Made by a program: the position numbers and the translations under genes. DNA of 64,000 nt from Candidatus Woesearchaeota archaeon. GTDB lineage: Archaea; Nanobdellota; Nanobdellia; Woesearchaeales; UBA583. Position 1 is the stretch's first letter, and each line of letters opens with the position of its first letter. The notes beneath the pieces are model-generated. The model was not told where the DNA came from and ran no database searches. It saw only the letters and a list, made by a program, of their open reading frames with translations. Positions 1-8,608 of the stretch are shown piece after piece. The stretch spans positions 413,510-477,509 of the forward strand of contig CP060218.1 in the NCBI GenBank assembly GCA_023898345.1, read 5' to 3'.

Positions 1-1316
1 ATACCTATTCGTTAAAACAAGGAATAGAGGATGGGTTTCTTGCTCCGTACAAAGTCGTTAGAATTACTTTTGACAAAGATATTGAATGGCGCCCTTATGC
101 TTCACAAACAGATAAATATGGCGAGATTATTCCGGACAAGGAGTATAGTGGCAGGGATTATGATAAAGAGATTGTCCTAGAAAAGAGGACAGAACTTGTT
201 GCTAAGAAAATTAGTTCTTACCTTAAACAGACAGATAGATTTGACAAGACCATTGTTTTTTGTAATGATATTGAACATGCTCAGAGAATGACTCTTGCTT
301 TAATGAATGAAAATAGTGATTTGGTTGCTAAAAATAGAAAGTATGTTATGCAAATTACAGGAGACAATAATGAGGGAAAAAAGGAACTTGATAACTTTAT
401 TGACCCTGAAAGCTCTTATCCTGTTATTGCTACAAGCTCAAAGCTTATGACAACAGGAGTTGATGCCCAAACCTGTAAACTTATTGTGCTTGATTCAAAT
501 ATTCAATCCATGACAGAGTTTAAGCAAATTATTGGAAGGGGGACGAGAATTAATGAGGATTTTGGAAAGTATTCTTTTACGATTCTTGATTTTAGGGGCG
601 TTACTCGTTTGTTTGCAGACCCAGACTTTGACGGAGAACCTATAAAAGTATGTGAAAATAGTGAGGATTCAGCTTTTGAGAAAGTAGAAGAAATCTTGGA
701 TGTGTACGGAGAAGAAAAGAAAGAGGGAGCAGCTTTTATCAAAAGAAAAGAGAAAATGAGGAAATATTATGTTCACTCTGTCCCTGTTGAAGTTTCTTCT
801 GAAAGAGTGCAATATTTTGGGAGTGATGGAAAACTCATTACTGAAAGTTTGAGAGATTATACTAAAAAAAATATTCGAAAGGAGTACAGAGACTTAGATG
901 ATTTTTTGAAGAAATGGCAAAGCGTGAAGAAGGCTGCAATAATAAAGGAACTTGAACAACAGGGAATTTTCTTTCATGAACTTGAGCGTGAAGTGGGTAA
1001 GGAGTTGGATCCTTTTGATTTAGTTTGTCATATTGCCTACGACCAAAAAGCATTGACGCGAAAGGAAAGGGCAAGTAATGTTAAGAAAAGAAATTACTTT
1101 GGAAAATACGGGGAAAAGGCGAGAAAGGTCATTGAAGTCTTATTGGATAAATATGCTGACACGGGGATTGAAAATATTGAAAGTTTGGATATACTAAAAG
1201 TCAAACCTCTTTCAGATATTGGCTCTCCTTTGGAGATTGTTAAATTATTTGGAGGGAAAAAAGCTTACTTGCAAGTTATTAATGAACTTGAAAAACACTT
1301 GTATAGTGAGGTATGA
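1..1316 (+). CDS. hsdR: Type I restriction enzyme R subunit (HsdR), C-terminal part; the gene runs off the left edge of the window
   Basis: The open frame reads from position 3 without a stop. The upstream translation ...TYSLKQGIEDGFLAPYKVVRITFD... is the classic HsdR helicase C-terminal motif. The listed ORF 288..1316 is the in-frame continuation. Stop TGA 1314-1316 overlaps the next ATG (ATGA). Confidence 0.85.
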   Translation, partial: TYSLKQGIEDGFLAPYKVVRITFDKDIEWRPYASQTDKYGEIIPDKEYSGRDYDKEIVLEKRTELVAKKISSYLKQTDRFDKTIVFCNDIEHAQRMTLALMNENSDLVAKNRKYVMQITGDNNEGKKELDNFIDPESSYPVIATSSKLMTTGVDAQTCKLIVLDSNIQSMTEFKQIIGRGTRINEDFGKYSFTILDFRGVTRLFADPDFDGEPIKVCENSEDSAFEKVEEILDVYGEEKKEGAAFIKRKEKMRKYYVHSVPVEVSSERVQYFGSDGKLITESLRDYTKKNIRKEYRDLDDFLKKWQSVKKAAIIKELEQQGIFFHELEREVGKELDPFDLVCHIAYDQKALTRKERASNVKKRNYFGKYGEKARKVIEVLLDKYADTGIENIESLDILKVKPLSDIGSPLEIVKLFGGKKAYLQVINELEKHLYSEV

Positions 1317-2680
1317 AGAGAATGAGTCTTACACTGAATGCACTGAAAAGAATTGCCAAAATTCATGAGGGTCAAACTTTGGAGTTTAAAGAGAATCTTT
1401 CTAAAGAAATAAAAAAGGAGATTTGTGCTTTTGCAAATTCTCAAGGTGGAAAGATTTATCTGGGAATAACAGACAGTGAAGAATTAAAATCTCAGAATAT
1501 AACAAATACATACCTTTCTCAATTAGACGATTTTATTTCTCAATTAACTCCTAAATTAGACTCTATTACATACGAAATCATTGAAAACAACTTTGTCGTT
1601 GTTGACGTTCCTGAGGGTGAGCTAAGAAATAAACCGTATTCTATTGACAATAAATTTTATATTCGAAAGGGCGCAAGTTCGCAAACATTAACAAGGGAAG
1701 AAATTAAATTTTACTTTCAGGAAGGGAGGGAATTAGCTTTTGATGAAAGAGTACATCAGAAGTTTAGCTTTGAAAAGGGCTTTGACACTCATGCGTATGA
1801 ACTTTTTTGCCAAAAATCCAGAATAGATGAGAAAGAGTTTGACAAAAAACAACTTTTAGAAAATTTAAAAATAACTCGTGATGGAAGGTTTACGAATGCA
1901 GGCGTTTTGTTATTTGCAAAGAATATCACGGATTTTTTTATTGATTTTCAAATTCGATGTGCCATTTTCAAAGGAAAAACAAAAGCCAATATTATTGATA
2001 GTAAGGAATTCAATTCAAATCTTATAGAAAATATTGAAGGGACCCTTATTTTTTTCAAAAGAAACTTGCGGAATAAATTTGTTATTGAAGGTTTGCAAAG
2101 GAGGGAAGAACTTGAGATTCCTGAAGAAGTGTTGCGAGAGGCTTTGTTAAATGCTATTTGTCATAGGGATTATAATATTATAAATGCCATTCATATTTAT
2201 GTGTTTGATGACAGAATTGAGATTGTAAGTCCCGGGGGATTAGTTAAGGAACTTAGTATAGAGAATATGAGGAGCAAGAGTATTTCAAGAAATCCCTTTC
2301 TTTTTTCTTTATTGAAAAGGGCAAATTATGTTGAGAAGTATGGTTCTGGAATTAACAGAATTGAAAAGCTATTAGAGGAGAGGGGATTAGAGAAAGCATC
2401 TTACGAGAATCTTCCTTTATTTTTTACGATTAGTTTTAAGAGAGAGCCATTAAATGAGCCATTAAATGAGCCATTAAATGAGCCATTAAATGAGCGCCAT
2501 AAAAAGATTCTGCGATTTGTTGAAAGAAAACCTAATGCCAAAAGAGAGGAACTTTATGACATTTCTGGCGTGTCTTTGGCAACTTTAAAAAGAGATATTG
2601 AATTCTTGATACATAAAAATCTTATTGAGAGAAGGGGCTCAAAGAAAACGGGAGGGTATTTTGTAAAGAATGACCATTAG
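1313..2680 (+). CDS. AlbA_2/AAA_4 (Schlafen-like) N-domain plus HATPase_c_4 C-domain protein (RecG-like putative regulator) with a C-terminal winged HTH
   Basis: The N-terminus (ALKRIAKIHEGQTLEFKENLS...CAFANSQGGKIYLGI) resembles the divergent AAA_4 domain. HRDYN...IEIVSPGGL resembles HATPase_c_4. Contains an (EPLN)x4 repeat. Translationally coupled to hsdR and hsdM. Confidence 0.6.
   Translation: MKRMSLTLNALKRIAKIHEGQTLEFKENLSKEIKKEICAFANSQGGKIYLGITDSEELKSQNITNTYLSQLDDFISQLTPKLDSITYEIIENNFVVVDVPEGELRNKPYSIDNKFYIRKGASSQTLTREEIKFYFQEGRELAFDERVHQKFSFEKGFDTHAYELFCQKSRIDEKEFDKKQLLENLKITRDGRFTNAGVLLFAKNITDFFIDFQIRCAIFKGKTKANIIDSKEFNSNLIENIEGTLIFFKRNLRNKFVIEGLQRREELEIPEEVLREALLNAICHRDYNIINAIHIYVFDDRIEIVSPGGLVKELSIENMRSKSISRNPFLFSLLKRANYVEKYGSGINRIEKLLEERGLEKASYENLPLFFTISFKREPLNEPLNEPLNEPLNERHKKILRFVERKPNAKREELYDISGVSLATLKRDIEFLIHKNLIERRGSKKTGGYFVKNDH
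2444..2491 (+). repeat. Perfect 12-bp tandem repeat GAGCCATTAAAT x4 (plus one degenerate unit), in frame, encoding EPLNEPLNEPLNEPLN
   Basis: Read directly in the sequence at 2444-2491; the following unit gagcgccataaa matches 9/12. Confidence 0.9.
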
Positions 2681-4091
2681 CACTACAAATATTAAGGGTA
2701 TTCAGGACATTATGCGTAAGGATGCAGGTGTTGATGGAGATGCACAAAGAATTTCACAATTGGTGTGGATGATATTTCTCAAGGTTTTTGATGATAAGGA
2801 ACAGGAATGGGAACTTGATGACACTTATACGTCGCCAATTCCTCAGAGACTGCGCTGGCGTAGCTGGGCATCTGATAAGGAGGGAATAACTGGTGATGAG
2901 CTTTTGGATTTTATTAACAATGACTTGTTCAAGACCTTAAAAGAGTTGCCAGTTTCTCATGAAGAGAGAAAAGCTGTCTTGGTTAAGGAAGTTTTTGAGG
3001 ATGCTTATAATTATATGAAATCCGGAACTTTGTTGAGGCAAATTGTGAATGAAATTAATAAGATTGATTTTACAAGTTCTGAGGATAGACATACTTTCAA
3101 TGATATTTACGAAACTATTTTGAAAGATTTGCAAAGTGCAGGAAATGCTGGAGAGTTCTATACTCCAAGAGCTGTTACTCAATTTATTGTTGACATGGTA
3201 AATCCTCTTCTTGGTGAAAGAGTTATGGATCCTGCTTGTGGGACTGGAGGATTTTTGATTTGTGCTTTGGAGCATTTGAGAAAGCAAGAGAAGTCTGTCG
3301 AAGATAGAAAAACATGGCAAAGTTCTCTTTTAGGCATTGAAAAGAAGCAACTTCCTCACATGCTTTGTACGACAAATATGATTTTGCATGATGTGGAAAT
3401 TCCTCGTATTAGGCACGACAATTCTTTGTCAAGACCGATGAGGAGTATTGGACAGTCTGAAAGAGTCGAGGTTGTTGTTATGAATCCTCCTTTTGGTGGT
3501 GTTGAGGAAGATGGTATCTTGGCAAATTTTCCTCTGGCATTGAGAACAAAGGAGACTGCAGACTTATTTCTTGTTCTTGTCATGCAAATCTTAAAGGATA
3601 GGGGAAGATGTGGTTTAGTTTTACCTGATGGTTTCTTATTTGGCGAGGGCGTTAAGACTCGAATAAAGGAGAAATTACTCGATGAGTTTAATTTGCATAC
3701 TATCGTCAGATTGCCCAATGGAGTATTTAATCCATATACTGGAATTACTACAAACTTATTGTTTTTTGAAAAAGGGACGCCAACAAAGGAGATTTGGTAT
3801 TTTGAGCATCCTTATCCTTCTGGTGTCAAGAGCTACAATAAGACTAGACCAATTACTATCAAAGAGTTTGATTTGGAGAAGAGTTGGTGGGCTAATCGCG
3901 TTGAGAATGAACACGCTTGGAAGGTTAGCATTGATGACATTAGAGCGCGTAATTATAACTTGGACATCAAAAATCCCACGAAAGCTGTTGAGGAAGTGCA
4001 ACTCAGTTCAAAGGAGTTGCTTGAACTGCTTGACAAAAGCATTGCTAAGAGCAAAGAAACTTTGGATAAGATTAAGGTGGAGTTGATGTGA
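2670..4091 (+). CDS. hsdM: Type I R-M N6-adenine DNA methyltransferase subunit (HsdM)
   Basis: HsdM N-domain, AdoMet motif DPACGTGGFL, catalytic NPPFG, and GEFYTPR. Stop TGA 4089-4091 is immediately followed by ATG 4092. Confidence 0.9.
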   Translation: MTISTTNIKGIQDIMRKDAGVDGDAQRISQLVWMIFLKVFDDKEQEWELDDTYTSPIPQRLRWRSWASDKEGITGDELLDFINNDLFKTLKELPVSHEERKAVLVKEVFEDAYNYMKSGTLLRQIVNEINKIDFTSSEDRHTFNDIYETILKDLQSAGNAGEFYTPRAVTQFIVDMVNPLLGERVMDPACGTGGFLICALEHLRKQEKSVEDRKTWQSSLLGIEKKQLPHMLCTTNMILHDVEIPRIRHDNSLSRPMRSIGQSERVEVVVMNPPFGGVEEDGILANFPLALRTKETADLFLVLVMQILKDRGRCGLVLPDGFLFGEGVKTRIKEKLLDEFNLHTIVRLPNGVFNPYTGITTNLLFFEKGTPTKEIWYFEHPYPSGVKSYNKTRPITIKEFDLEKSWWANRVENEHAWKVSIDDIRARNYNLDIKNPTKAVEEVQLSSKELLELLDKSIAKSKETLDKIKVELM

Positions 4092-4724
4092 ATGGGGAAT
4101 TCTAGATATATGTATGTTGATGAAAGTGGAGATTTGGGCTTTGGTAAAAAGGGGAGTTCTAGATATTTTGTCATTTCTGCGTTGCTTATTGATGATTGTA
4201 AAGAACCTGAAAGATTAGTAAAAAACATGCGTAGAAATAAGTTCAAAAAGGAATTAAGAAAATCAAATGAACTTAAAGCAAATAACTCATCAGATAAACT
4301 TAGACACTATGTTTTAAGTAAAATCAATGAGTTTAAAGGAATTCAGATCTTTCATATTGTTTTAGATAAAACTGAGGTTAGAAGTCCTTACTTGAAAGAT
4401 AATAAAAATAAGCTTTACAATTTTGTTGCTGGAAAACTTGCTAAAAACATTTTAATGAAAGATGCGGATTTACTTGTCATTATAGATAAATCCAAAGGGA
4501 AAAAGATTTTAAGAATAGATTTTGATAGATATTTTAGAACTAAATTACTTGAAGGAGAAACGGCCGGAGACTGTACAATTTCTCATGGTTACTCTCACAA
4601 TTTTGCGGGGTTACAAATGGTTGACTTTCTTGCATGGTCTGTTTTTAGAAAATATGAATATAAAGATTTAGACTTTAACAAGAATATAACTGTAGAACAA
4701 GAGGTGTTTTCCGTATGGTTTTAG
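4092..4724 (+). CDS. DUF3800-like protein (N-terminal YVDESGDLG motif)
   Basis: 210 aa; the N-terminal MYVDESGDLGF...RYFVISALLI fits the DUF3800 signature from memory. Lies between hsdM and hsdS. Confidence 0.5.
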   Translation: MGNSRYMYVDESGDLGFGKKGSSRYFVISALLIDDCKEPERLVKNMRRNKFKKELRKSNELKANNSSDKLRHYVLSKINEFKGIQIFHIVLDKTEVRSPYLKDNKNKLYNFVAGKLAKNILMKDADLLVIIDKSKGKKILRIDFDRYFRTKLLEGETAGDCTISHGYSHNFAGLQMVDFLAWSVFRKYEYKDLDFNKNITVEQEVFSVWF

Positions 4725-4987
4725 AACTAGACACAGTACCATTAAGCACTGAAGCGAACACCTCAAGGTATTCTGACTTAATGGTTTTACCTGATAAGAA
4801 TGGTAGTAAAAGGTTATATAAAAACGTTTTTATTTCCTCCTTAGTGAGGTCTTGGGAGAAAATGGGCAGTAAAATCAAAATTATTGCACAGAAATTCTTA
4901 GAAGATTCAGGAAGTTCTATTAAGAAGATGTACACTACTCAAGGCAACATCAAAGAATTATTAAAGAAAGTAAAAGGTGAATTTTAA
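4715..4987 (+). CDS. Small hypothetical protein (90 aa), Lys-rich
   Basis: ORF overlaps the DUF3800 stop and the KAP start by about 10 nt each, which is operon-like coupling. No recognisable domain. Confidence 0.25.
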   Translation: MVLELDTVPLSTEANTSRYSDLMVLPDKNGSKRLYKNVFISSLVRSWEKMGSKIKIIAQKFLEDSGSSIKKMYTTQGNIKELLKKVKGEF

Positions 4988-6233
4988 AATGATAACAAAA
5001 ATTCCAAAGACAAAAGACGTGTTAGAAAATTTCACATTTGAAAAAAATGATAAATTACAGAGGGAAACAATTGCAAATAATTTCAATAGGTGTTTTGAGG
5101 GAACTGAAGGAAATTTAATTTTAGCGATTAACGGAGAGTGGGGACAAGGGAAAAGCGCATTTTTGCATATGTGGAAAAACCAGTTACGCTTTAAGGAAAA
5201 GGAAGTTATTTATCTTAATTTATGGGAAGAAGATTTTTATAAAGAACCTTTTTTATCTATTCTTAATACCTTTAGTAACAATTTTTTTGATATTAAAAAA
5301 GATTTAATAAGTATTAGTAAAAAAATACTTAAACATATCTTAGAAAAAAAAACAGGTCTTAATATAGATGAATTTTTCGACAAATCTGTTTATGATGAAA
5401 TAAATAATGATAAGATAAAATTAAAAGAGATACTTAGAAAAAAAATTGGAGAGAGAACAGATAACTTTCCACTAGTTGTTATGATTGATGAATTAGATAG
5501 ATGCAATCCGTTATATGCAATAGAATTCTTAGAGGTTATCAAACATTTTTTTGATATAGATAAAATCGTCTTTGTACTTGCATTGGATATTCAAGAATTA
5601 GAACATTCAATTAAGAAAGTGTATGGTGAGAATCTAAATACACAGAGATATCTTAGAAAAATTATTGATGTTATTTATGATTTACCAAATCCCTCTCTTG
5701 AACTTTATTTTGACCATATCTTACAAAAATATGGGGATAAATATACTGACTTGTCAGAAAATGGAAATGTTTTTCGTTGTTGTATTTTGAAAAATGCTAA
5801 AAATTTAAGAGATATAGAAAAATTTTTCATAAGATATAATTTATCGTTCAAGGAAAAAAAAAATCAAAGATTACAAAGCCTAAGTTTTAATGAAAATCAG
5901 AAGTATTTCATTAGAACTTATTTATTACTGTTAACTCAATTAAATAAGGAACTTTACTCTGAGATAAGAGAAAAATCACTTACAAAAGAGAAAATCAAGC
6001 TATTTTTTGAATTTTTGGGAATTGAAAAAAAAAATGTTCCAGGAGATTTTATTAGAGCAATTTTTGAATTACTTACTTGGGGAAAAACTCCCTCTCTTTC
6101 TAATCAGACTATAAAGGGGGAAATAGAGACATTAGGATATAATACTTCTTATATTGGTGAAACTATAGGCGGAATCTCCTATGATCCAAAAACTGATTTT
6201 TTACTAATTGATTTTTTGCAAGAAATTGACTAA
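4977..6233 (+). CDS. KAP family P-loop NTPase
   Basis: Walker A is GEWGQGKSAF (the GxWGxGKS KAP signature); Walker B is VVMIDELDRC. Contains three poly(A)9-10 tracts. Confidence 0.75.
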   Translation: MNFKMITKIPKTKDVLENFTFEKNDKLQRETIANNFNRCFEGTEGNLILAINGEWGQGKSAFLHMWKNQLRFKEKEVIYLNLWEEDFYKEPFLSILNTFSNNFFDIKKDLISISKKILKHILEKKTGLNIDEFFDKSVYDEINNDKIKLKEILRKKIGERTDNFPLVVMIDELDRCNPLYAIEFLEVIKHFFDIDKIVFVLALDIQELEHSIKKVYGENLNTQRYLRKIIDVIYDLPNPSLELYFDHILQKYGDKYTDLSENGNVFRCCILKNAKNLRDIEKFFIRYNLSFKEKKNQRLQSLSFNENQKYFIRTYLLLLTQLNKELYSEIREKSLTKEKIKLFFEFLGIEKKNVPGDFIRAIFELLTWGKTPSLSNQTIKGEIETLGYNTSYIGETIGGISYDPKTDFLLIDFLQEID

Positions 6234-6234
6234 A

Positions 6235-7572
6235 ATGGTTTGGAATAAAGTTAAAATTAGTACTTTTCTAAAGGAAAGAAATAACAGATTTAAGCCAGAG
6301 GATGCTAATAAATTAGGATTAAAAAGAATTGAAAAAATAGATTTTTCTGGAAATCTCTATATTGTTGAAAAACAAACAAATACGGGAATGATCCTAGTTA
6401 GAAGTGGGGATTTGGTGATCTCAGGGATTAATGTGGAAAAAGGAGCATTAGCAGTTTATGGTGGTCAGGAAGATGTTTTAGCAACTATACATTATTCTTC
6501 ATATGAATATGATAAAAATAAAATTGACATAGAATATCTAAAGTGGTTTCTTAAAAGTAATGTTTTTAGAAGTATTTTATTAGAAGAAGTAGGGGGAGGA
6601 ATTAAAACTGAATTAAAACCTAAAAGATTTTTATCTCTTGAAGTTTACTTGCCTGACTTACAAACTCAGATTGAAATGAGAAACAAGATACTAGCTGTAG
6701 AACAAGAAATAGGAGAACTTCAAATTCGTATAAAACAAGAAGAAGATTATCTTACTAAACTAAAAGAAGCAATTTTACAAGAAGCAGTACAAGGGAAATT
6801 AGTAGAACAAAATTCTAATGATGAACCTGCGCAGATATTACTTGAAAAAATTAGAACAGAAAAAGAACAATTAATCAAAGAAAAAAAATTTCAAAAACCT
6901 AAAGAAAAAGGAATAATCTTAGAAAATGAATTTAATCTTGAAATTCCAAAGACTTGGACTTTAGCAAAGTTAGTAGATTTATGTTTTGTCACAAAATTAG
7001 CAGGTTTTGAATATACTAAATATGTTAATTTGAAAGATGTTGGTGAAGTTCCAGTTATTAGAGCTCAAAATGTTAAAAAAAGATATATTGATAAAACTAA
7101 TTTGAAATATATTGATTTGAAAACTTCTGAATTGTTACATAGATGTGCTTTAACAAAAGAATCATTATTAGTTACTTTCATTGGAGCAGGAATTGGGGAT
7201 GTTGCTTTATTTAATGAAGATAAAAGATGGCACCTTGCTCCAAATGTTGCTAAGTTAGAACCATTCAATAATTTTGAATTAAAAATATTGCCTGACTATT
7301 TATTATATTATTTATTATCTGAAACTGGAAATAAAGAAATATTTAAATCATCAAAATCAACAGCACAGCCAAGTTTATCAATGGGTACAATTAGGAATAT
7401 TATTATTCCACTTCCGCCATTGGCAGAACAGCAGCGTATTGTCAGGAAAGTTGAGGAACTTATGGCCTATTGTGATGTACTTGAGCAAGAAATACGCAAG
7501 TCCAAACAACAAGCAGAACAATTAATGCAATCAGTGTTGAAGGAAGCATTTGAACAAAAGAAAGGGCTATAA
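6235..7572 (+). CDS. hsdS: Type I R-M specificity subunit (HsdS) with two target-recognition domains and a central coiled coil
   Basis: Has the typical HsdS architecture and the conserved C-terminal LPPLAEQQRIV...L motif. Start taken at ATG 6235, just after the KAP stop 6231-6233. The ORF track begins at 6208 in frame. Confidence 0.8.
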   Translation: MVWNKVKISTFLKERNNRFKPEDANKLGLKRIEKIDFSGNLYIVEKQTNTGMILVRSGDLVISGINVEKGALAVYGGQEDVLATIHYSSYEYDKNKIDIEYLKWFLKSNVFRSILLEEVGGGIKTELKPKRFLSLEVYLPDLQTQIEMRNKILAVEQEIGELQIRIKQEEDYLTKLKEAILQEAVQGKLVEQNSNDEPAQILLEKIRTEKEQLIKEKKFQKPKEKGIILENEFNLEIPKTWTLAKLVDLCFVTKLAGFEYTKYVNLKDVGEVPVIRAQNVKKRYIDKTNLKYIDLKTSELLHRCALTKESLLVTFIGAGIGDVALFNEDKRWHLAPNVAKLEPFNNFELKILPDYLLYYLLSETGNKEIFKSSKSTAQPSLSMGTIRNIIIPLPPLAEQQRIVRKVEELMAYCDVLEQEIRKSKQQAEQLMQSVLKEAFEQKKGL

Positions 7573-7677
7573 GTTCAAACTTAAAAAAATGAATGCTTTT
7601 CATAAGGGTGAGTGCAAATTGTCATCCTTCTTTCCGTTGAGAGAAAAGGTGAAATATTGCTAAACATGTAAAGCAAG

Positions 7678-7818
7678 AGTAAAGAAATCGCTAAAATATG
7701 CCTATCCCAATCGGAGCAGAGCTCCGGAGCATTACGGCAATTTTCAAGACGCGATTTCTAACTCCCAGCTGGGTGGTCGCAGCAGAGCTGCGGGGTATAT
7801 AATACCCAGCTAAGGAAT
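7678..7818. repeat. Copy A of a ~140-bp structured repeat. Its inverted near-identical partner is at 36411..36549.
   Basis: Reverse complement of 36411-36549 matches 7678-7818 with about 4 differences. Contains two similar hairpins, CGGAGC-AGA-GCTCCG and CGCAGC-AGA-GCTGCG, and CAGCTG/GAGCTC palindromes. Confidence 0.85.
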
Positions 7819-7944
7819 TAGAAAAGGAAACAGGATAAAAAATCGTTTCTAAAAAATAAAATAACAGTTGAGAAGAGAGAGAAAATCTGAAGTTCCAACA
7901 CACAAACAGAAACGCATTTAAAGTGTTAGCTTCAGAAAAGTTAA

Positions 7945-8607
7945 ATGGCATTAAAACAGAAAAGAACGTTGGAGTTGTTCAAACACAGGTTCGGATTTGA
8001 ATGGTTAGCCTTTTTTTTTCTTATCTTGCAGTTTTTTGTTCTTTTGGGAAACTTGCCTTCTCCAAGGTATGATGTTTTTTTCTGGTTCTGCAATCATACT
8101 CCTCTTATCTTTGCTCTTGCTTTTGCTTTTCGTAAAATTAATCTTATCAAGGGACTTATTTGTGTGGGGTTTCTTCCTCAATTTATTTGGACTCTTGACT
8201 TTCTTTTACGACTTTTTTTTGACTATAATTTTTTTAGAATAACTGCGTATGTCTTTGAAAACTCACTAGGGTATTGGGTTTTGCTTCCTATTGGCATTCA
8301 CATGTTTTCAACAAATCTTGCTCTTCTTGCAACATACAAGTTTCCGACAGAGAATAAAGTTTTGACGAAAGCTGCTTTGTACATTGCTCTTTTGTATGTA
8401 ACGACTATTATTCTTACGCTTCCTGAACGTAATGTTAATTGGCTTCAAGGGATTGGAAAAGAGGGTTTTCTCATAAGTTTTACAGGTTATCAACTTGTCT
8501 GGCCTTTCTTTGTTTTCTTTGTCCTTGTGCTTCCAACATATTTTTTTCAGAAATATTTGTATGAACATTATGAACAGAACAAGCTAAAAAAAAGAACAAA
8601 AAACTAA
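7945..8607 (+). CDS. Polytopic membrane protein, function unknown
   Basis: 220 aa with multiple hydrophobic segments. First gene inside repeat copy A. Confidence 0.5.
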   Translation: MALKQKRTLELFKHRFGFEWLAFFFLILQFFVLLGNLPSPRYDVFFWFCNHTPLIFALAFAFRKINLIKGLICVGFLPQFIWTLDFLLRLFFDYNFFRITAYVFENSLGYWVLLPIGIHMFSTNLALLATYKFPTENKVLTKAALYIALLYVTTIILTLPERNVNWLQGIGKEGFLISFTGYQLVWPFFVFFVLVLPTYFFQKYLYEHYEQNKLKKRTKN

Positions 8608-8608
8608 G

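Noticed and set aside
503-1074. Minus-strand ORFs 503..742 and 862..1074 inside hsdR
   Set aside because: Antisense to a well-supported HsdR coding frame. Low-complexity translations typical of an AT-rich antisense frame.
2444-2499. Short regularly spaced repeats; considered as a possible CRISPR array
   Set aside because: 12-bp units with no spacers, perfectly in frame inside a CDS. This is a coding tandem repeat, not CRISPR. No CRISPR array or cas genes anywhere in the window.
2937-4246. ORFs 2937..3320(-), 3356..3718(-), 3682..4086(+), 3756..4001(-), 3953..4246(-) overlapping hsdM
   Set aside because: Alternative-frame or antisense ORFs within the strongly supported hsdM gene; spurious.
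7796-7803. TATATAAT inside the repeat; considered an archaeal TATA box driving the 7945 gene
   Set aside because: The identical sequence exists in the inverted copy, where it would drive antisense transcription into a GT gene. Promoter function cannot be inferred from sequence alone.
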